The notes beneath the pieces were generated by a model that made no database searches, was not told where the DNA came from, and saw nothing but the letters and a program-made list of their open reading frames with translations. Source: an uncultured delta proteobacterium (lineage in GTDB: Bacteria; Desulfobacterota; Binatia; Binatales; Binataceae). Taken from it: a stretch of DNA of 64,000 bases. Below, one piece after another: positions 40,013 to 51,600 of the stretch. Made by a program: the position numbers and the translations under genes. The stretch covers positions 3,008,001 to 3,072,000 of the forward strand of contig CAWEEQ010000004.1 in NCBI GenBank assembly GCA_963808235.1, given 5' to 3'. Each line of letters opens with the position of its first letter. Positions within the stretch are counted from its first letter, which is position 1.

Positions 40013-42056
40013 TCAAATCTCGGCGCGGATGTCGTGGTCGTCGGAGAGGACGCGGACGTTTACGTGATGCTCGTCGGAGTCGCCGAGGGAGCCCCAGTGC
40101 ATCGCGAAGTTTTCTAGCTGGACGTCGGAGTTGAAGCGGGCCGACGCGCCCATCACGACTTCGTCGACGCCGAGCAGGTACGCGATGCGCGCGATCGCGT
40201 AGACCTGGTCGTTGGAGACGACGACCAGCGGGGTGACGGCGCGGCCGTGATCCTCGCAGACTTTGACGACTTTGCTGAACAGCTTTTCCTCCGCGGCGCT
40301 GAAGACCTGGCCGCCGTCGCTCGAGGCGAGTCCTTTTTCGGTGCGCACGGTGAGCGCGATCAATTCCGCGTCGTCGCGCTCGGACAGGTAGCGATGGAGA
40401 TGCGCGAGGTTGCCCGGATCGCGAATCGCGATGAGCCGCTTGTGCGTGGCGAACAATCCAAGTCGAATCGGATCGACCTGCTCTTCCTCGACCAGCTCGA
40501 GATTGAACTTCTCGGGCTCCTCGCCGTAGGCATGCTCTTCCTGGCCGTTGATCTTTTCCGAGATCACGAAAACGAGGAACAGCGCGAGCGTGAAGCCGAC
40601 GCCGGAGATCGTCGCGACCTGCTTGGTGAACAGATTGATCACGGCGGTTGCGAACAGGACCAGGAACGTAAGCGCGAGTCCGAGCGGGAAGTCCTTGCCG
40701 CCGGGACGAAACCAGGTGAGGTTCATGCGGCACGCGCCACATGCGATGGTACTTGTCCTTGTAGCGGAGAATCAGCACGGAGAGAGTTTTGAAAACGAAA
40801 CTCCAGATCACACCGAAGGCATACGCTTCGCCCAGGACGAACATGTCGCCGCGCGAGAGCACGATCGTTGCGATCTGCAGGAGCGCGACCATGTTTACGA
40901 TGCGATGGTTGGTGCCGTATTTCTTATGCGGATGACGGAACCAGTCGAGCAGCACGCCGTCTTCGGCGACGCGGGTGAGCACTCCGGTGGAACCGACGAT
41001 TGCGGTATTCACGGCGCCGGCAAGAATCAGGAAGCCGACGAAGACGACGAAAGCGCGCAGCGCAATCCGTGCCCACAGCGGCCCGACCATGAACATCGCG
41101 AGTCCGCCGATCAGATCGTCGCCGTAGTTGGACATGCGGACGCTGTCGGGGATGATCATGACGGCGAAGAACGACACCAGCGAGGTCAGGAGCAGGCTGT
41201 AGATGAAAATGACGAGCCCGGTACGGAGAAGGTTCTTCAACTTGGGCGCCGCGATTTCGCGGTTGATCTGCGCGAGCGACTCCTCACCCGACATCGCGAG
41301 GATCGAATGCCCGAACGCGATCATTATTCCGATTGCGCCGATGGTCCGCGCGCCGGGCAGATGCTTGAGCCATCCGAGCGATTCGTCGGTGAACTTCAAT
41401 TCGAGCGGCGGCATGTGAGCGCCGCGAATCGCGATCGTGAGGCCGCACCATACGATCATCATCACGGCCATCACGGTGGTGACTTGCATGATGCGCATCG
41501 CCTTGCCGCTGGATTCCTCGATGCCGAGAATATTCTGGTGCCAGAAATAAATGGTTATGGCGATGGCGAAGAGCGCGGCGCTGAGATCCGGCGGAAAGAT
41601 AATTCCGATGTGCGCGAGCTTGAGCAGCTCATTGATCAAGCCGATCAGATACTGTCCTGCGGAGACGCCGCTGATCGGGCCGGTCAGGATGTAGTCGAAC
41701 ATGAGCGCGGAGACGGAAATTTTCGCAAGCGTCGAGCCCATCGCCTCTTTCACGACGCGATACACGCCGCCACGCGTGAACATCGAGCACGACTCGACGT
41801 ACACGGCGCGCACTGCGTAGGAGAAGAGCATCACCGCGAGGATGAAATACGGGGCCGAGCGGCCGCAGGCCTGCTCGACGATTCCACCGATGTAGTAGGC
41901 TGTCGACGCGAGATCGCAAAGAACGATCGCGGACGCTCGCCAGAAGGAAATGAAGGCGAGCATTCCGGTAGTAACAACTATAGCTTTGGTCTGTCTTCCG
42001 AAGGTCGCCTGCGGCTGAGTCCGCTCGGCGCCCGCGACTTTTGGAGTAGCGGCCAA
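40013..42056 (-). CDS. APC-superfamily permease with C-terminal USP-like domain, KimA-like (frameshift near 40730)
   Basis: CDLASTAYY, GGVY, SGEES, YAFGV; the C-terminal cytoplasmic domain is in a second frame; TTG start after GGAGG. Confidence 0.85.
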
Positions 42057-42110
42057 GTAAGAGTCCTCCCTGAGCAAGACGCCGAATACGGCGTTGCACG
42101 CAATTCAAAA

Positions 42111-42214
42111 TGCAAAATGCAGACCGCAATAATTTTGCATGGTTCATCGATTCTTCTTGAAGTCGGTACCTGCGGGTCGCAACGGCTTGGGCTTTAATCG
42201 TCGTGCAACCTGCA
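42111..42214. promoter_or_regulatory. Two TGCA-N3-TGCA motifs in the divergent intergenic region
   Basis: TGCAAAATGCA at 42111-42121 and TGCAACCTGCA at 42204-42214. Confidence 0.45.
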
Positions 42215-42303
42215 ATGAATAGGTGGCGGCAAACCTTGGCTAACTCTTGAAGCATCCTGCCGATGGAGCAGAATGAGAATCATGCACGAACACGAGGAAG
42301 AAC

Positions 42304-43634
42304 TTGGCTAACATCCTTGTCGTCGATGACGACCGAAACATTCGCCGCGTTCTTGCCGCGAGCCTCGAATCCGCCAGCCATCAGGTGACGATGGCCGAAA
42401 GCGCCGAGCGCGCGCTCGAGCTGATGGCGGGCGTCGGCGCCGTCAGTGGTCGTGACCGACGTGCGAATGGAAGGGATGGGAGGGCTGAAGCTGCTCGAAT
42501 CGATCAAGCGGCTTAGCCCGGCGCTGCCAGTCGTGATGATGACGGCATACGGCTCGATCCCCGACGCCGTCGACGCGATGCGCCACGGTGCGTACGACTA
42601 TGTCACCAAGCCGTTCACCGCCGACCACATCCTGCGCGTGGTGACGCGGGCGCTCGAAGTGCAGGAACTCCGCACCGAGAATCGCGAGCTGCGCGAGAAG
42701 ATCGAGAGCCTGACCGAGCCGGAGCCATTTCTCACTTACAGTCCGCATTCGCGAAAGCTGGCGGAGACGGCCGCGCAAGTCGCCAACAGCGACGCGACGG
42801 CGCTTATCACCGGCGAGAGCGGCACCGGCAAGAGCATGCTCGCCTCGTACATACATCGCTTGAGCCCGCGCAAGGACGGGCCGTTCGTGCAGGTCGCGTG
42901 CACCACGCTCAGCGAGCATCTGCTCGAAAGCGAACTTTTCGGACACGTGCGCGGTTCGTTTACCGGCGCGATCAAGGATAAGCCGGGGCGGCTCGAGGCG
43001 GCCGAGAACGGCACCGTGCTGCTCGACGAGATCGGCGACCTGACTCCGGTGGTGCAATCGAAGCTGCTGCGGTTCCTGCAGGAGCGGACGTTCGAGCGGG
43101 TCGGCGGCGCGCAGACAATCAAGGTGGACGCGCGGATAATCGCCGCGACCAATCAGCATCTCGAACAACTGGTCAAGGAGAAACGCTTCCGCGAAGATTT
43201 GTACTATCGGCTCAATGTGATCGAGTTGCAGGTGCCCGCGCTGCGCGAACGTCCCGGCGAAATCATGAAACTGGCGGAGCACTTTGCGGCGCAAGCGGCG
43301 CAGACGCATCACAAGCCGGCGCACTCGATCGCGAGCCGAGGCGCGTGAGGCGCTGATCTCCTACTCGTGGCCGGGGAATATTCGCGAACTGAGAAACGTG
43401 ATGGAACGCGCGGTGATCCTGAGCCGCGGCGAGACGATCGATCTGAGCGATCTGCCCGACAAGATTCTCGCGACGCCCGACAAGGTCGACCACAGTCTCA
43501 CGCTGGAGCAAATGGAGCGCAGGCATATCGAGGTAGTGCTCGAACAGGCGATGACGCTCGAAGAGGCGGCGGATATGCTAGGTATCAACGTCGCGACGCT
43601 GTGGCGCAAGCGCCGGAGATACGGACTGGACTAG
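42304..43634 (+). CDS. Sigma54-dependent response regulator (NtrC/AlgB-like); frameshifts near 42440 and 43340
   Basis: ILVVDDD, TDVRM, GESGTGKS, ESELFGH..GSFTGA, LDEIG, FREDLYYRLNV, WPGNIREL, Fis HTH TLWRKR. Confidence 0.93.
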
Positions 43635-43646
43635 AGGAATTTAATC

Positions 43647-44585
43647 ATGGCAACATCGCACTCGCATGCACGATACTTCCCGATAGTCCGCCGGCGCGGC
43701 TTATCGAATGGGCGCGGGCCGCGGAGGACGCGGGCTTCTCCGGCGTTTTCATGACCGAGGCGAACAACGACTCGCTCGCGTGCTCGCTCGCGCTCGGACT
43801 GCATACCAAGCGAATCAAGCTCGGCACCGCGATCACGAATATTTATCTGCGCCATCCGAATCTGCTCGCCAACGAGGCGGCCGCGGTGCAGGAGTTCACT
43901 GGCGGCAGATTCATCCTCGGACTTGGCACGGGGCATCGCGAGAGCAACTCGATGCTCGGGATCGAGATGGGCGAGCCGCTGAAAAAAATGCGCGAGACGG
44001 TAAAGACTCTGCGCGCCGCGCTCGACGGTGGAAAGACGGGGCCTCGCGTCAGCGCGAAGCTGCCGCTTTATCTCGCGGGAGTATCGCGCCCGATGGTGAA
44101 GCTGGCGGGCGAAATCGGCGACGGCGTCATCTTCAATTTTTTTCCGCCGGCGCGGGTCAAGGAAGCGCTCGGAGAGTTGGCGGAGGGCGCGCGGGTTGCG
44201 TCGCGCGATCCCAAACAGATCGAGGCGACACTGTTCGCGACCGCGTTTATTTCCGATGACCTCGAGGCGGCGCGACGTCCTGCGCGCAAGCTGCTATCGC
44301 GATACGGCGCGCTCAAGTTTTACGGCAACATGATGGCGCACGCGGGATTTGAGCGCGAAATCTGGCGCAATCCGCGCGGCCGGACGCGACGCCGACGCAG
44401 CAATGAAGGCGGTCAGCAACGAACTGATCGATGCGACGCTGCTGGTGGGCTCGGAGTCGCGGGTTCGCGAGCGCCTGCACGAGCTATGCGCGCCGGGAAT
44501 CGGCACCGCGATCGTGTTCACGAATCCGGTCAACGAAGATCGCAACGCCGCGGTCATGCGCACGATCCGCGCGCTAAAGCAGTAG
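43647..44585 (+). CDS. LLM-class oxidoreductase, F420 Mer-like (frameshifts)
   Basis: AEDAGF, RIKLGTAI, GGRFILGLGTG, LAGEIGDG. Confidence 0.85.
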
Positions 44586-44598
44586 CGGAATTAGCGCT

Positions 44599-45366
44599 CT
44601 ACGGCATTTCCTCTTCACTGGTTTGCGCGTTGACCGTGCCGCGGGCCAGTGCGACGCGATCGAAGAAGCGGCGGATGCGTCTCGCGTTGATTCCAAGATC
44701 GCCCTTGCCATCACGCGATTTCGAGCGCATCTCGACCAGGCTTTCGCCGTCGGGCGTGGGCCGAATCTGGATCACGATATCATCCTGAAAATGGAACAGC
44801 TTCGAAGTCGAAACGGCTTCGAGAGTGTTCTTCGAGGGATCGGAATAGGTAATCTTCCATGTCGGCGCGGACTGGGCGACCTCTGTCACGCGCTGGAACT
44901 CCGCCGACGGTTCGAGGCGTTCCTTGATCGGTCCGATCGGGCCGTAGCCTGCCAGCTGCTTCGCGGCGTACGTGCCCTTGTCGTATTTCATGTCGCGGCT
45001 GGGGTCCGGCTGCAGCTTTTGCGCGAAGACGAATTCGGGCGGATTGTCGAAGTCGGTGGTGATGTCATTGATTGCAGGGTACTTCATGTGTCCAAGGATC
45101 GTGACGATCATCGGAATCGTGATAGCCAGGCATAATACCGTGCCGAACAGAGCGCGATTGCGTCCGGCGCGGCGCTCAGGCTTGCGGGTCAGGAAGATGG
45201 CGACGATACCCACGATCGAGCCGATGATGCTCAGCAGGAAACCGAACGCGAACAATCCAAAGCCCGTGATCGATGGGACGATGTAGAAGTGCGCGCCGAT
45301 GATTCCTACGGCGATTAGAGTGATTGCGAGCAATCCGTCGAAGAAGGCAAGCCATGCCGCTCCCAT
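44599..45366 (-). CDS. DUF1499 domain membrane protein
   Basis: Three N-terminal TMs; PAINDITTD, F.DDIVI, RSKSRDGKGDLGINARRI. Confidence 0.88.
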   Translation of the reverse strand: MGAAWLAFFDGLLAITLIAVGIIGAHFYIVPSITGFGLFAFGFLLSIIGSIVGIVAIFLTRKPERRAGRNRALFGTVLCLAITIPMIVTILGHMKYPAINDITTDFDNPPEFVFAQKLQPDPSRDMKYDKGTYAAKQLAGYGPIGPIKERLEPSAEFQRVTEVAQSAPTWKITYSDPSKNTLEAVSTSKLFHFQDDIVIQIRPTPDGESLVEMRSKSRDGKGDLGINARRIRRFFDRVALARGTVNAQTSEEEMP

Positions 45367-45414
45367 GTTTTTCTCCTGCAGTTTTTGCGCGGCCGCGTGG
45401 TGGCCGTCGCGCGC

Positions 45415-46212
45415 TTAGTTTTTGATTCCGCGCACTACGAATTGCGGCAACACGAACAAGAACGATCCACTGGCGACTGCATGATCGATATCCTCGAACC
45501 ATCGATCGACTTCGGCCGGCGCGATCTGGCCGGAATCGCGCGCATATCGCGCGAAGCTCGCCTTCAGCATCGGGAGAGAACGTCCCGCGGTGTCTGCGCC
45601 GGCCAGAATCTCCACCTTCACTTCGCCCAGGCCTGCCGAGCGAAAGAGCCGAGGCAGTTGGCGTCCGATCCGGGGCTCCTTGATCGCAAGCGCCTTCGAA
45701 GCGGCCAGGATCCGATCGCTTCGATCGCGTCCGGCGAAACCGATTTCAAGCGCAATCATGTCCCAGTCGCTGTCCACCGCGACGACGATCCCGCCCGATG
45801 CCGTCACACGCGCCATTTCCGCGACAGTATTGGCCGCGGAATCGACATACTCAAGGACATTTTTGCACCAGACCCGGTCGAAGGAGCGGTCGGGAAACGG
45901 GAGCGGAGGAAATGCATGGTGCACAAATTTCGCCGCGAGCTTCGCGTCGCGGGCGCGCGCGGACGATCGCGCGACGAACTCGGCGTTGATATCCACGCCG
46001 GTCACGCTGCCATCAGGGGCAACGCGCCGTGCGAGTTCGAGCGTCGTATGACCTGGACCGGAGCCGACATCGAGCACGCGCAGCCCGGGCTTTAATTCGA
46101 GCGGACGGAGGATCGGCTCCATCGCGGGATGGTAGGCAAGAATCTGGTCGTAGGCGCTATGGCGCTCGGAGTCGATATCGACCCAATGTTGTTTGTAGTA
46201 GGGCTCGGCCAT
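45415..46212 (-). CDS. Class I SAM-dependent methyltransferase
   Basis: VLDVGSGPG, GVD, LPFPDRSFD, DSDWD. Confidence 0.88.
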   Translation of the reverse strand: MAEPYYKQHWVDIDSERHSAYDQILAYHPAMEPILRPLELKPGLRVLDVGSGPGHTTLELARRVAPDGSVTGVDINAEFVARSSARARDAKLAAKFVHHAFPPLPFPDRSFDRVWCKNVLEYVDSAANTVAEMARVTASGGIVVAVDSDWDMIALEIGFAGRDRSDRILAASKALAIKEPRIGRQLPRLFRSAGLGEVKVEILAGADTAGRSLPMLKASFARYARDSGQIAPAEVDRWFEDIDHAVASGSFLFVLPQFVVRGIKN

Positions 46213-47096
46213 GAGATTCGGCGACCAGACGATTTGAGTTCCTTCATCGCGACGCGCAGTCGTTCCGCCGGACCCGCGGTCATCGGCACCAGCGGCAACC
46301 GCAATTCGTTGGCGCATTTGCCCATGAACGAGAGCGCTTGCTTGATCGGGATGGGATTGGTCTCGACGAATAGCGCGCGCATCAGCGGGAGCAAGCGGTA
46401 GTGCATCTCGCGCGCCTTTGCGAAATCACCCGCCAGCGCAGCGCTTGCCAGATCGTGCATCTCGCGCGGCACCGCGTTGCTGCAAGTCGAGATCACGCCC
46501 TTGGCTCCCAGAGCGACCAGCGGCAGCGTGAGCGCGTCGTCGCCGGAGAGGATCGTGATGCTGTCGCCGCATATCTTTAAGATGTCGGACGACTGATCCA
46601 TCGAGCCCGACGCTTCCTTGATGCCGACGATGTTCTTGATCTCGGCGAGCCGGGCAATCGTTTCCGGCGCGATATTCGACGCGGTGCGGCTCGGGATGTT
46701 GTAGAGCAGGATCGGAAGATCGACACTCGCGGCGATCGTCTTGTAGTGCCTGAAGATGCCGTCCTGGGTGGGCTTGTTGTAGTACGGCGACAAAAGCAGC
46801 GCGCCGTCGGCGCCCATCTCGCGCGCGGCAGCAGTCAAGCGAATCGCCTCGGCAGTCGAGTTCGAGCCGGTTCCCGCGACCACCGGCACGCGCTTGCGCG
46901 CCTGCTCGATCGTGATCTTGACCACGCTGTCGTGCTCGGCGTGGCTGAGCGTCGCGGATTCGCCGGTCGAGCCGCAGGGCACCAGGCCATCGATTCCGCT
47001 CTGGATTTGCCATTCGACCAGTTCACGCAGCGCGGGAACATCCACTGCGCCATCGCGAAACGGCGTGATGAGCGCCGTCAGTGCACCTTTGAACAT
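46092..47096 (-). CDS. dapA: 4-hydroxy-tetrahydrodipicolinate synthase (true stop probably near 46225; read-through tail is probably an error)
   Basis: GSTGES, GTGSNST, PYYNKP, LYNIPSRT, IKEASG, NPIPIK. Confidence 0.95.
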   Translation of the reverse strand: MFKGALTALITPFRDGAVDVPALRELVEWQIQSGIDGLVPCGSTGESATLSHAEHDSVVKITIEQARKRVPVVAGTGSNSTAEAIRLTAAAREMGADGALLLSPYYNKPTQDGIFRHYKTIAASVDLPILLYNIPSRTASNIAPETIARLAEIKNIVGIKEASGSMDQSSDILKICGDSITILSGDDALTLPLVALGAKGVISTCSNAVPREMHDLASAALAGDFAKAREMHYRLLPLMRALFVETNPIPIKQALSFMGKCANELRLPLVPMTAGPAERLRVAMKELKSSGRRISWPSPTTNNIGSISTPSAIAPTTRFLPTIPRWSRSSVRSN

Positions 47097-47117
47097 TGTC
47101 CGAGGCCTCCTCCCGAC

Positions 47118-48011
47118 TTATGCGCCGACCGGGATCATCTCGGTATCGCCGAGTTCGATCTCGCCATGAAAACTTTTACCGCGTTGCCGGTCATGAATAC
47201 GTGATTGGCGTCGGGCCCGCTCTCTCGCCATTCGATTTCAAGATTTCCGCCGCGCAGCTCCACGGTCGCGGAGCGCTCGGAATGGTTGGTCAGCACCGCC
47301 GCGACCAGCGGCCGCGCACGCACCGGTGCCACACGCCAGGGTCTCGCCGGAGCCCCGCTCCCAGACGCGCATTCGCATCTGACGGCGCGAAATCGGCAGG
47401 ATAAATTCAGTGTTGACGCGGCGCGGGAAGAACGAATGATTTTCGAATTTGCGGCCGAGCGCCGCGAAATCGCGATCCTGAAGCTTGAACACTCCATCGT
47501 CGGCGACAAATACGACGCAATGCGGATTGCCCATCGAGACCGCGGTGATCGATTCGTGCGCGCCGCCAACCTCGAGCGGGTAGTCGACGATGCGTCCGGT
47601 GGCATTCACCGGGATCTCGCGCCCTTCGAGAATAGGCTCGCCCATATCGACCGTCGCGCCGGTCACCCGGCCGTTTTGCGTCCGCAGCTCGACCGTCTTC
47701 AACCCCGCGTCGGTCTCGACGACCATCGGATTCGCGCGCACGATCCCGCGCTCGAAGGCGAGCCGTGCGAGGCATCGGATTCCGTTGCCGCACATATCGC
47801 CGCGACTTCCGTCCGCGTTGTACATCTCCATTCGGATGTCGGCCCGGTTCGACGGCGCCAACATGATCAACCCATCGCCGCCGATTCCGAAGTGGCGGTC
47901 GGAGAGCCGCTTCGAAAGCGCCGACGGATCGGCGGGCCGCGCCCGCGTAGCGACTACGTAAATGTAGTCGTTGCCCGCGCCGTGCATCTTGGTGAATTCG
48001 AGCGTTGCCAT
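47118..48011 (-). CDS. dapF: Diaminopimelate epimerase (frameshifts near the 3' end)
   Basis: FTKMHGAGND, NADGS..MCGNG, SMGNPH, WERGSGETLACGTGACA. Confidence 0.95.
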
Positions 48012-48033
48012 TTAAATCTATTACGACTTGCGT

Positions 48034-49291
48034 CTACGACTTGAGCGTCACGATATGCTCGCCGCGGATTAGATCTTCGAAACTCTCACGCTCGCGGATC
48101 ACATGCGCATCGGCGCCGTCGACCAGGATCTCCGGCGCGCGCGGGCGGCTGTTGTAGTTCGAGGCCATCACGAACCCATACGCGCCGGCGCTCATCACCG
48201 CGAGCAGGTCACCGGGCTGCGGTTCGGGCATCTCGCGTTCGCGCGCGAAAAAATCGCCGCTCTCGCATACCGGGCCGACCACGTCGACGGTCACAGTCTT
48301 GCCGGGTTTGCGCCGATCGACGGCAGCGATCTCATGGTATGCCTCGTAGAGCACCGGCCGAATCAAATCGTTCATCGCACCATCGATCACCACGAAGCGC
48401 TTGACGTCAGTCTCCTTGTTGTAGAGCACGCGGGTGACGAGCACGCCCGCGTTGCCGACGATCACGCGGCCCGGCTCGGTGATTATTTTGAGCCCGAGGC
48501 CCGCGATCGGTTTCAGCAGCGCCGCGGCGTACTCCGACGGCGGAGGCGGCTGTTCCTGGTAAGGGATTCCCAGCCCGCCGCCGAGATCGAGATATTTGAG
48601 CGCGATACCTTCAGCGCGCAGACGCCCGACGATCGATGCGACTTTATTTCCGGCCTCCGCGAAACGGCGCCATCTCGGTTATCTGCGAGCCGATATGCGT
48701 GCTGAGGCCGACAATTTCGAGACTCGCGAGTGCGCGCGCCTCTGCGTAATAGCCGTCCACTTGCGAGAGCGGCACGCCGAACTTGCTGTCGCGATGGCCG
48801 GTAGAAATGTGCGGATGCGTCCCCGGGTCGAGGTCGGGATTCACGCGCAGACTGACCGGCGCGCGCCGCTTCATCTTTCCGGCGACCTCGGCGACGCGAT
48901 GCAGTTCCGGGCGCGACTCGACATTGATCATCAGGATGCCGGCTTCCAGAGCCGCTGCGATCTCCTCGTCGGTCTTGCCGACGCCTGAGAAGACAATCTT
49001 TCGCGGGTCCGCGCCGACCCGGAGGCATCGCATAAGCTCGCCGACGGAAACGATGTCGAAGCCCGCACCCATCGACGCGAATAATTTCAGGATGCTCAAG
49101 CTCGACAGCGCCTTCATCGCGTAGCAGACCAGGTGGTCGGTGCCGGCAAAGGCTTCGTCGAAGACCCGGTAGTGACGCCGGAGCGTTCGCGCGCTGTAAA
49201 CGTAAAATGGAGTGCCGACTCGCGCGGCCAGATCGGCGAGCCGCACATCCTCGGCGTAGAGTTGATCGTTACGATATTCGAAGTAGTTCAT
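48034..49291 (-). CDS. lysA: Diaminopimelate decarboxylase (frameshifts near 48570-48660)
   Basis: YAMKA, HIGSQ, EPGR, GPVCESGD, GAYG..MASNYN. Confidence 0.95.
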
Positions 49292-49427
49292 GATGCAGCG
49301 GCGTACTCACGCGGGTGGCGTTTTTCGTTGTCCACGCAACACCTGTGCGAGTGGATGAAAGTCGTTTCTATCACAGCGCGGCCCGCCGAATAAACGGGGC
49401 GCGCAGAGCGGAGGCCGCACACAAAAT

Positions 49428-49943
49428 CTAAGGGAGCGGCACTGGCGTCGGCAGCACGAAGTTTTCCGGTTTGGGCGGTGGCTTCGGAGTCTTGCGGACG
49501 ATCGTCACCGTGTTGGAGGGTTCGCTGTGATAACCGTCTGTCGTGTTGGAAATCACCTGATAGCGATACTTGCCGCCAAGCTCGGTCGCGTCATCCGCAT
49601 AGGTGAACGTGTGCTGAACCTGAAAGCGGCCCTGGTCGTCTACGGTGATTTCGCCGATCTTTTCAAATGCTCCATCAGCGCTTGCTCGGGAGACCGTGAA
49701 GCTTCCGAGGTCGCGCATCTTCGCGCCGCCCGCATAAGTCTCGGGGCGACTCCAGGTCAGGCGGATTCCAGTGTCAGAGCTGGAAGCCTCGAGGTTCTGG
49801 ATTTTTTCCGGTCGCGCCAGCTCAGGCGGAATTGGCAGCGACTTGACGCCGCATCCGAGCCACACAAGATTGGCGAGCGCGGCGCAGGTCAATATTGCGA
49901 CGAGCGTCGATGTACTCCGATCCTGATTCAACAGATGGTTCAT
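49428..49943 (-). CDS. Lipoprotein with fibronectin-III-like fold
   Basis: LGCGVK..P.PP lipobox; LTWSRP, YRYQV, SEPSN. Confidence 0.8.
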   Translation of the reverse strand: MNHLLNQDRSTSTLVAILTCAALANLVWLGCGVKSLPIPPELARPEKIQNLEASSSDTGIRLTWSRPETYAGGAKMRDLGSFTVSRASADGAFEKIGEITVDDQGRFQVQHTFTYADDATELGGKYRYQVISNTTDGYHSEPSNTVTIVRKTPKPPPKPENFVLPTPVPLP

Positions 49944-51361
49944 CCGCGGCCAAGCTCCTTCAGGCGCAATTTGACTGCGGAGGGCGCGGGCCCGCCTTCG
50001 ATCGCACGCCGCGCAACGGATTTTTCGGCGCGCAGAATCGCGACAGCGTCAGCGTCGAAAGCGCGCGAATGTCGCCGCAAATCCGATGCGCTCAAATCCT
50101 CGAGCGTCTTGCCCGCCGCGGCAGTCTCGCGGACTATCGCACCGACTATCTCGTGCGCTTCGCGAAACGCAACTCCGTGGGCAACCAAATATTCCGCGAG
50201 GTCCGTCGCGAGCGCAAATCCTCCCGCCGCCGCGCGCATTCGTCTCTTATCGAAGCGGAGCATCGGCCAGAATTTCGCGAGCAGGTCGAGCGCGGGTTTG
50301 AGCGCGTCGACGGCGTCGAAAACGCGCTCCTTGTCTTCCTGCAAGTCGGAATTGTAGGCGAGCGGAAGTCCCTTCAGGACGGTGAGCATCGCGACCAGGT
50401 CGCCGACAACCCTTCCGGTCTTGCCGCGAATCAATTCGAGCAGATCCGGATTTTTCTTCTGCGGCATCATCGAGCTGCCAGTCGAAAATTGATCCGGCAG
50501 CGCGGCGAATCCGAACTCGGCGCTGGTCCACAGGATAATTTCCTCGCTCATGCGCGAAAGATGTACCTGGGTGAGAGCGGCCGCCGACAAGAAATCCACG
50601 ACGAAGTCGCGATCTGACACGGCGTCGATACTGTTGGCAGTAACGGACTTGAAACTGAGAGCGCGCGCAACCATCCGGCGATCGAGCGCAAGTGTGCTCG
50701 CAGCCATCGCGCCGGCGCCGAGCGGCATCACGGCAGTGCGCGCCGCGGCCTGCTCGAAACGCTCGCGGTCCCGCGCAAGCATCTCGACGTAGGCAAGCAG
50801 ATGATGCGCGAGGGTCACTGGCTGCGCGCGCTGCAGATGCGTGTAGCCCGGCATGGTTGTCAGGATGTGCCGCCTTGCGAGCCGGATGAGCGCGGCCCGA
50901 AGTCCGCCGATGAGCGATACCAGCGCAGCTATCTCGTCGCGAAGATAGAGGCGCAGGTCGAGCGCCACCTGATCGTTACGCGAACGAGCGGTGTGCAGCT
51001 TGCGTCCCGGCTCGCCGATGATCGCGATCAATCGGCGCTCGATGGCGAGATGGATATCCTCGTCGGCAATATCGAACTTGAAACGGCCGCCGGCGATCTC
51101 GGCCTCGATTTGCTCGAGTCCTCGCACGATCGCGCGCATCTCGCCAACTTTGATCAACCCTACCTTCGCGAGCATCCGGGCGTGCGCGATCGAGCCGCGG
51201 ATATCGTGCCGATAGAGCCGTCGATCGAAGGGCAGCGACGCGGTGAAGGCCTCGACCTCGGGCAGGCGTCGATGCGTAAAGCGGCCGCGGATCAGACTGC
51301 GCGCCTCGCCGTTAGCATGCGAATAGGCGGAATTTTTGTTTTGACCGCGACGCGCTTTCAC
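49940..51361 (-). CDS. argH: Argininosuccinate lyase
   Basis: LHTARSRNDQ, PGYTHLQRAQP, GSSMMPQKKNPD. Confidence 0.97.
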   Translation of the reverse strand: MKARRGQNKNSAYSHANGEARSLIRGRFTHRRLPEVEAFTASLPFDRRLYRHDIRGSIAHARMLAKVGLIKVGEMRAIVRGLEQIEAEIAGGRFKFDIADEDIHLAIERRLIAIIGEPGRKLHTARSRNDQVALDLRLYLRDEIAALVSLIGGLRAALIRLARRHILTTMPGYTHLQRAQPVTLAHHLLAYVEMLARDRERFEQAAARTAVMPLGAGAMAASTLALDRRMVARALSFKSVTANSIDAVSDRDFVVDFLSAAALTQVHLSRMSEEIILWTSAEFGFAALPDQFSTGSSMMPQKKNPDLLELIRGKTGRVVGDLVAMLTVLKGLPLAYNSDLQEDKERVFDAVDALKPALDLLAKFWPMLRFDKRRMRAAAGGFALATDLAEYLVAHGVAFREAHEIVGAIVRETAAAGKTLEDLSASDLRRHSRAFDADAVAILRAEKSVARRAIEGGPAPSAVKLRLKELGRG

Positions 51362-51389
51362 TTTGATCGGAAGGAATAACTGGCGTGCA

Positions 51390-51566
51390 TCAGTTGGCCG
51401 GCCGCAATTGGCATCCGCATCCGCGCGCCGCGCAACTCATCGAACCGTCGGGATGAGTGATGTGGACGTCCATCTTGTGATGGCAATGATCGCATTCGCC
51501 GGTGCGCGGACGAGGCACCAGCTTCGGCTGCGAGCGCACTGGCTTGAACTGGATTACCTTGCCCAA
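51390..51566 (-). CDS. Small Cys/His-rich protein (58 aa)
   Basis: GAGG RBS and TTG start; MGKVIQFK...CDHCHH....H...C....C.C; fills the argG-argH gap. Confidence 0.6.
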   Translation of the reverse strand: MGKVIQFKPVRSQPKLVPRPRTGECDHCHHKMDVHITHPDGSMSCAARGCGCQLRPAN

Positions 51567-51600
51567 CTCGATGCGTTCCTCGGATGGTCCGTCTTGACGA

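Noticed and set aside
43367-44788. 473-aa ORF as one protein
   Set aside because: It is a chimera of the off-frame regulator tail, the LLM core and read-through caused by indels.
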